In this document: in pieces, positions 56,174 to 59,908 of the stretch | Numbering within the stretch: the first letter of the stretch is position 1 | How the letters are laid out: every line of letters starts with the position of its first letter | Origin: a virus | Lineage: Duplodnaviria; Caudoviricetes | Virus record (IMG/VR): IMGVR_UViG_3300033141_003139 | Span: 1-59,908 of that record | Length of the DNA: 59,908 nt | Direction: 5' to 3' (one strand) | The notes under the pieces: model-generated | Seen by the model: the letters and a program-made list of their open reading frames with translations, nothing else | The model's database searches: none | Told to the model about the DNA's origin: nothing | Program-made: the position numbers and the translations under genes

Positions 56174-56174
56174 T

Positions 56175-56426
56175 ATGAGTATAACTGAGCCTGTACTCTT
56201 AGTTGGTTCCCAATGCCCGCATTGTCAAGCGGTGCGGGAGCGGTTTCCTGACGTCAAGTGTCTCGATGCCGTCAAGTCTGTAGACGGGGCAGCTATGGCA
56301 TGCTTCCATGATGTCTTCAGCTTGCCAGCACTGGTCTACGGCGAGGGCGAGGGAGACGTCGAGAGAACGAGAGAAGGGATAATCAAGAGGCTTGAGGCAA
56401 TGAGGGCCTGTAGCTCAGATGGTTAG
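56175..56426 (+). CDS. Glutaredoxin/thioredoxin-like protein
   Basis: CPHC motif and SLPAL cis-Pro motif. Confidence 0.7.
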   Translation: MSITEPVLLVGSQCPHCQAVRERFPDVKCLDAVKSVDGAAMACFHDVFSLPALVYGEGEGDVERTREGIIKRLEAMRACSSDG

Positions 56427-56477
56427 AGCACACCCCTTATAAGGGTGAGGTTAAAGGTTCAATTCCTTTCAGGCCTA
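56404..56477 (+). tRNA. tRNA-Ile (anticodon TAT), CCA not encoded
   Basis: Cloverleaf GGGCCTG/CAGGCCT, GCTC/GAGC, CACCC-CTTATAA-GGGTG, AAAGG-TTCAATT-CCTTT; discriminator A. Confidence 0.92.
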
Positions 56478-56541
56478 TTTGTGATAAAGCAATTCTTAAA
56501 GGAGGATAAACAATGGCAGAGCGAACACAGGAGGACAAATA

Positions 56542-56823
56542 ATGGCTGTCAAGTGGGCAGTCGAGATTAGTGTGATAGATTTAGCAGAGAATCGCATCAA
56601 GGCCACCTACAGGCGGACGGATGATCTGGATGGTAGTACGTGGTCGCATACAGTCAAAGGCATCGTCGATGCAAAAAATCCGGCAATGGCACGTGCGGCG
56701 ATGACCAATAAAATCTGGGCCGAGTGGCAAGAACACTTATCCAGACGGGCAAAGATAAAGGCAAAAGTTGATGCTTTAGAATCCGCTTTCGCCGCCGATA
56801 TCCAAGCGAAGGAGGATAGCTGA
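56542..56823 (+). CDS. Hypothetical protein
   Basis: GGAGG RBS. Confidence 0.65.
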   Translation: MAVKWAVEISVIDLAENRIKATYRRTDDLDGSTWSHTVKGIVDAKNPAMARAAMTNKIWAEWQEHLSRRAKIKAKVDALESAFAADIQAKEDS

Positions 56824-57251
56824 TGGCTGATACAGGATTTAAGGCGGGAAGTCTTACCCATTTAACATACAGCACTGGTACGGATATAGATGGCGTGCTC
56901 GTTGATGACAATTGGGATCTGACGAGTGATGCTGTCGATCTTAGCGGTAAGTATGGTCGTGTATATTCTGTCATCAGTGTCGAAGATAATACAGGTGCTT
57001 GCGATGGCGATGTCAATGTTTTTGTGCTGGCGAGCGACCTTGACCCTGATGGCGAAGGATATCAGGGATATAACGATCGACCGTATGCGGCAGCGATTAT
57101 TGATCAGACACAAAATGCGACTATACGCAAATCGTTCACTGTTCTGGCGAGCCATTTCCCGCGACATAAGATTTACGTCGAGAATATGTGCGGGCAACAG
57201 GTGGCGGTGACTGTGAACTATGTGGATATAACGATCCCTGCTGCAAGTTGA
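56823..57251 (+). CDS. Putative virion accessory protein
   Basis: GGAGG RBS; acidic and beta-rich. Confidence 0.65.
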   Translation: MADTGFKAGSLTHLTYSTGTDIDGVLVDDNWDLTSDAVDLSGKYGRVYSVISVEDNTGACDGDVNVFVLASDLDPDGEGYQGYNDRPYAAAIIDQTQNATIRKSFTVLASHFPRHKIYVENMCGQQVAVTVNYVDITIPAAS

Positions 57252-57260
57252 GGTTAGAGA

Positions 57261-58082
57261 ATGCCTGTTGCAACTGCTCAAATTGCAAAGCCATCCCTAT
57301 GGTGCCCAGGCCGCAACCCTGATGCGTGGGAGTTGTGGCGGGGGTGTGTGGGTTTGTGGCCATTTTGGGCTGGGGCTGGGACTGCCGTGTATGATTTTAG
57401 CCTATACCACAATTTGCTGTCGGCAAGTATAGGCAGCATCAGTTGGGTTACGGACTTGTACGGCATCGTGGGCGATTTCAATGCTGATCGTTTGTATGTC
57501 GCCGGTTCTGATGTGGCTGGTCATTCACTTGATTTTACTACAGATTTCACTCTATGGTGTTTCGCTCGACCTGATGGTGGCGACACTTATAAGCATATAT
57601 TGGGCAAACGGGGGGCGGCTGGCTATCAGTATCAGTTTCGGGTTGATGGGACACTTGCAATTAACATATTAACTACAACTGGTGGCTCAGTAGCTGGGGA
57701 TACTACGCTAACGCTAGGAAAATGGTATAGCATGGCGGCAACCTTATCTAGCACCGATAGCACTAAGCGATTGTGGCTTGATGGTATCGAAGATGGATCT
57801 GATACCAATAGTTCTTGTTCGCATGTTGCAGAAGAGTTTAGTGTGGGAAATCAAATGCAGGGTCTTGCATCATATACCGGCGCTATTGCAATTGCCGGTG
57901 CTTGGAATCGGGCCTTGAGTGGCCATGAACTCATGCAATTAACCGCCGACCCATTCTGCATGATTCGCCCACCTGAGTTCACGCCGTTCTGGGACGCGGC
58001 TGCTGAGGCTCCTTCTGCGTGTGCAATGCCGATACTTGGCGGCGGAATATCAATGTTTCGTGGCGGGATATTGCGAGGATAA
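57261..58082 (+). CDS. LamG/concanavalin-like domain protein
   Basis: DFTLWCF, GKWYSMAAT, LWLDG, G.IA....WNRALS..E. Confidence 0.8.
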   Translation: MPVATAQIAKPSLWCPGRNPDAWELWRGCVGLWPFWAGAGTAVYDFSLYHNLLSASIGSISWVTDLYGIVGDFNADRLYVAGSDVAGHSLDFTTDFTLWCFARPDGGDTYKHILGKRGAAGYQYQFRVDGTLAINILTTTGGSVAGDTTLTLGKWYSMAATLSSTDSTKRLWLDGIEDGSDTNSSCSHVAEEFSVGNQMQGLASYTGAIAIAGAWNRALSGHELMQLTADPFCMIRPPEFTPFWDAAAEAPSACAMPILGGGISMFRGGILRG

Positions 58083-58084
58083 TC

Positions 58085-59908
58085 ATGGGTTGTCAGAGCG
58101 AAGTAACTATCGGCGATAACCTGACGTTCACGGTAACAACGCACGACCCTGATACTGGCGTGCTGACCGATGCCGATGCTGTGCCGTCCTACCGCGTCTA
58201 CGAAGACGAAACAGGCACGCCGATTCTGACCGGCTCGATGGCGAAGTTGGACGGTGACAACACTACCGGATATTATTCCGAGCAGATTGCATGTACCTCA
58301 GGGAACGGTTTCGAAAGCGGTAAGAGCTATAACATATACATCTCGGCCACGGTTGGTGGCGATACGGGTGGATTGAGCTATGGATTTCGCACACTGGCCC
58401 GTGATGCGGATGACCTGGCAACTGAGGCGAAGCAGGATGTTATCGACGGGATTGTCGATGACTTGAAGGCTGCCCTGACCGTCGTCAAGGGCACTATTCA
58501 AAGCGAGAACATAACAAGTACGACGTTGCAGATTGCGAACGGCGAAGATACTGACGACGCTTACAACGGCATGACCGTAGTTTTCGAGGATACTGTACTT
58601 GGCTGGGTTGCACGTCCAATCAGCGATTATGCTGACAATGGCGTGATAACATGGGTGCTGGAGACCGATGGGTTGCCGAAAGATGGTGGAACGGCGTATA
58701 TCATACCTGTAGCATCTGATGTCATGCGTGGAACGGATGATGCAGCAACAGCCAACAAACTCCTAGCGTACGTGCAGCTACTGGCTCGTTCGGATGAGGG
58801 CATTGCGACCGATAATGCCACTGAACTATCAGAAATCAACGCTGACGGCGGACACGGAGAAGGCGACTTCGCGAATACGGTTGACAGCATAGAAGCACTG
58901 GCTGATGCCCTGGATGCCGGTCTGCCGCGTTATACGGCAGCAAGTGCATCCCAGGTTGACAACGGAAGCGGCACGGGAGACTATGAGGACACCGCAGCCG
59001 ACGATGGTAGCTACTGGCAGATAGCAGGAGCGGACAAAGGCGAAGAGGATGACTATGGTATGGATGCCACGCTCACCTTTTCGCTGGGCACGACGACTAA
59101 GCCGTCTTTCGTCCACATCAATGCGTATGAGACGTTCAATGCAGGGCCAGTTCTGGTATGGGCATATAACTACGTGACGAGCAGCTGGGATGCGATTGCC
59201 GACAGTAACACGGGCATCAGCGGGAATTCAGAGCGAAACTACACGTATATCCTGCTGGCTGATTACCATCAGCAGACAAGCGACGGCGAGGTGAAAATCA
59301 GGTTCACATGCGTAGATGAGTCGACGAATAAGTACCTGTTTCTCGACCAGGTGTTGATAGGCGGCACACGGGTATCCGGCCTTACGGCGGCAGCCATCGC
59401 TCGTGCGGTGCACGAATACAATCTTGACTATATCCGGCATACTCCTGACGAGATGATAGCAGGGCACTTGCTGAAGCGTGGCATAGCATTGGGCACGACT
59501 GTGGCAGCGGCGGATACGAATTCGACTTTCACGCTGGCTGACGGTATCGAAAGCGACGACGCTTACAAGGACATGCGCATCGAAGTGCGAGACGAATCTT
59601 CAGAAACACGTGCTATTGAAACACGGAGGATCACGAGTTATACGAGCGGCAGAGTCGTAGTAGTCAGTCCGGCCTTTACGTTTGTACCGGCAGTGGGCGA
59701 TTCGGTGCACATTCACAACCAGTTCGATGATGGGCCTTCGCAGACTTCGATGGATATGGCCCATGCTTTACTGGCTACGAGTTCGGCTCTTAGTGCTCAT
59801 GCAGATGCGTTGGACGCTCATGATACGGCAATGGATACTGCGCATGCTTTACTCGCTACCGAAGAGAAGCAGGATGTTATCGACACCGTAGTAGACCGCA
59901 TCGAGCAG
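58085..59908 (+). CDS. N-terminal part of the ~998-aa virion protein spanning the junction
   Basis: ATG at 58085 after GAGG; reads MGCQSEVTIGDNLTFTVTTHDPDTG...; runs off the end in frame with 1..1287. Confidence 0.8.
   Translation, partial: MGCQSEVTIGDNLTFTVTTHDPDTGVLTDADAVPSYRVYEDETGTPILTGSMAKLDGDNTTGYYSEQIACTSGNGFESGKSYNIYISATVGGDTGGLSYGFRTLARDADDLATEAKQDVIDGIVDDLKAALTVVKGTIQSENITSTTLQIANGEDTDDAYNGMTVVFEDTVLGWVARPISDYADNGVITWVLETDGLPKDGGTAYIIPVASDVMRGTDDAATANKLLAYVQLLARSDEGIATDNATELSEINADGGHGEGDFANTVDSIEALADALDAGLPRYTAASASQVDNGSGTGDYEDTAADDGSYWQIAGADKGEEDDYGMDATLTFSLGTTTKPSFVHINAYETFNAGPVLVWAYNYVTSSWDAIADSNTGISGNSERNYTYILLADYHQQTSDGEVKIRFTCVDESTNKYLFLDQVLIGGTRVSGLTAAAIARAVHEYNLDYIRHTPDEMIAGHLLKRGIALGTTVAAADTNSTFTLADGIESDDAYKDMRIEVRDESSETRAIETRRITSYTSGRVVVVSPAFTFVPAVGDSVHIHNQFDDGPSQTSMDMAHALLATSSALSAHADALDAHDTAMDTAHALLATEEKQDVIDTVVDRIEQ
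59795..59908. repeat. Terminal direct repeat, copy 2
   Basis: Identical to 1-114. Confidence 0.97.

Noticed and set aside
56404-56477. tRNA as an attP site
   Set aside because: No integrase found and the tRNA is complete rather than a 3' fragment
403-59467. Numerous minus-strand ORFs of 60-300 aa
   Set aside because: They are shadows of well-supported plus-strand genes and show no recognisable motifs
1-59908. Stop-codon reassignment
   Set aside because: Genes are full length in the standard code and all three stop codons are used at tight gene junctions

Overview
The window is a complete circular or circularly permuted tailed-phage genome of about 59,794 bp; bases 1-114 repeat exactly at 59795-59908. 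Essentially all credible genes are on the + strand. It has a Mu-like head module (TerL, DUF935-type portal, Mu I-type protease/scaffold, gpT-type capsid, gp36-type adaptor) and a sipho-like tail with a -1 frameshifted chaperone. I see no transposase, integrase, repressor, primase or endolysin. The early region encodes PolA, a family-4 UDG, an AAA+ helicase-like protein, two recombination modules, a Dam-type methyltransferase, a QueD-like protein, NADAR and many small ORFs. Several genes suggest a Planctomycetota/PVC-like host, but this is inference only. Most striking observations: (1) a complete phage-encoded ubiquitin-like conjugation operon (Ubl, E2 with Zn fingers, JAB, E1); (2) five very basic modular head-region proteins whose modules (ChaB-like, HExxH, Gly-rich membrane helices) are separated by a recurring hydrophobic-x-[R/Q/K/H]-Tyr motif that also occurs at the portal termini and in the scaffold, suggesting Tyr-specific polyprotein processing; (3) a PolA with changes equivalent to E710Q (steric gate) and Y766F; (4) a tRNA-Ile with the rare UAU anticodon; (5) a structured leader that could sequester the Shine-Dalgarno of a lone queD. 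All family assignments come from motif recognition by eye, not from database searches.
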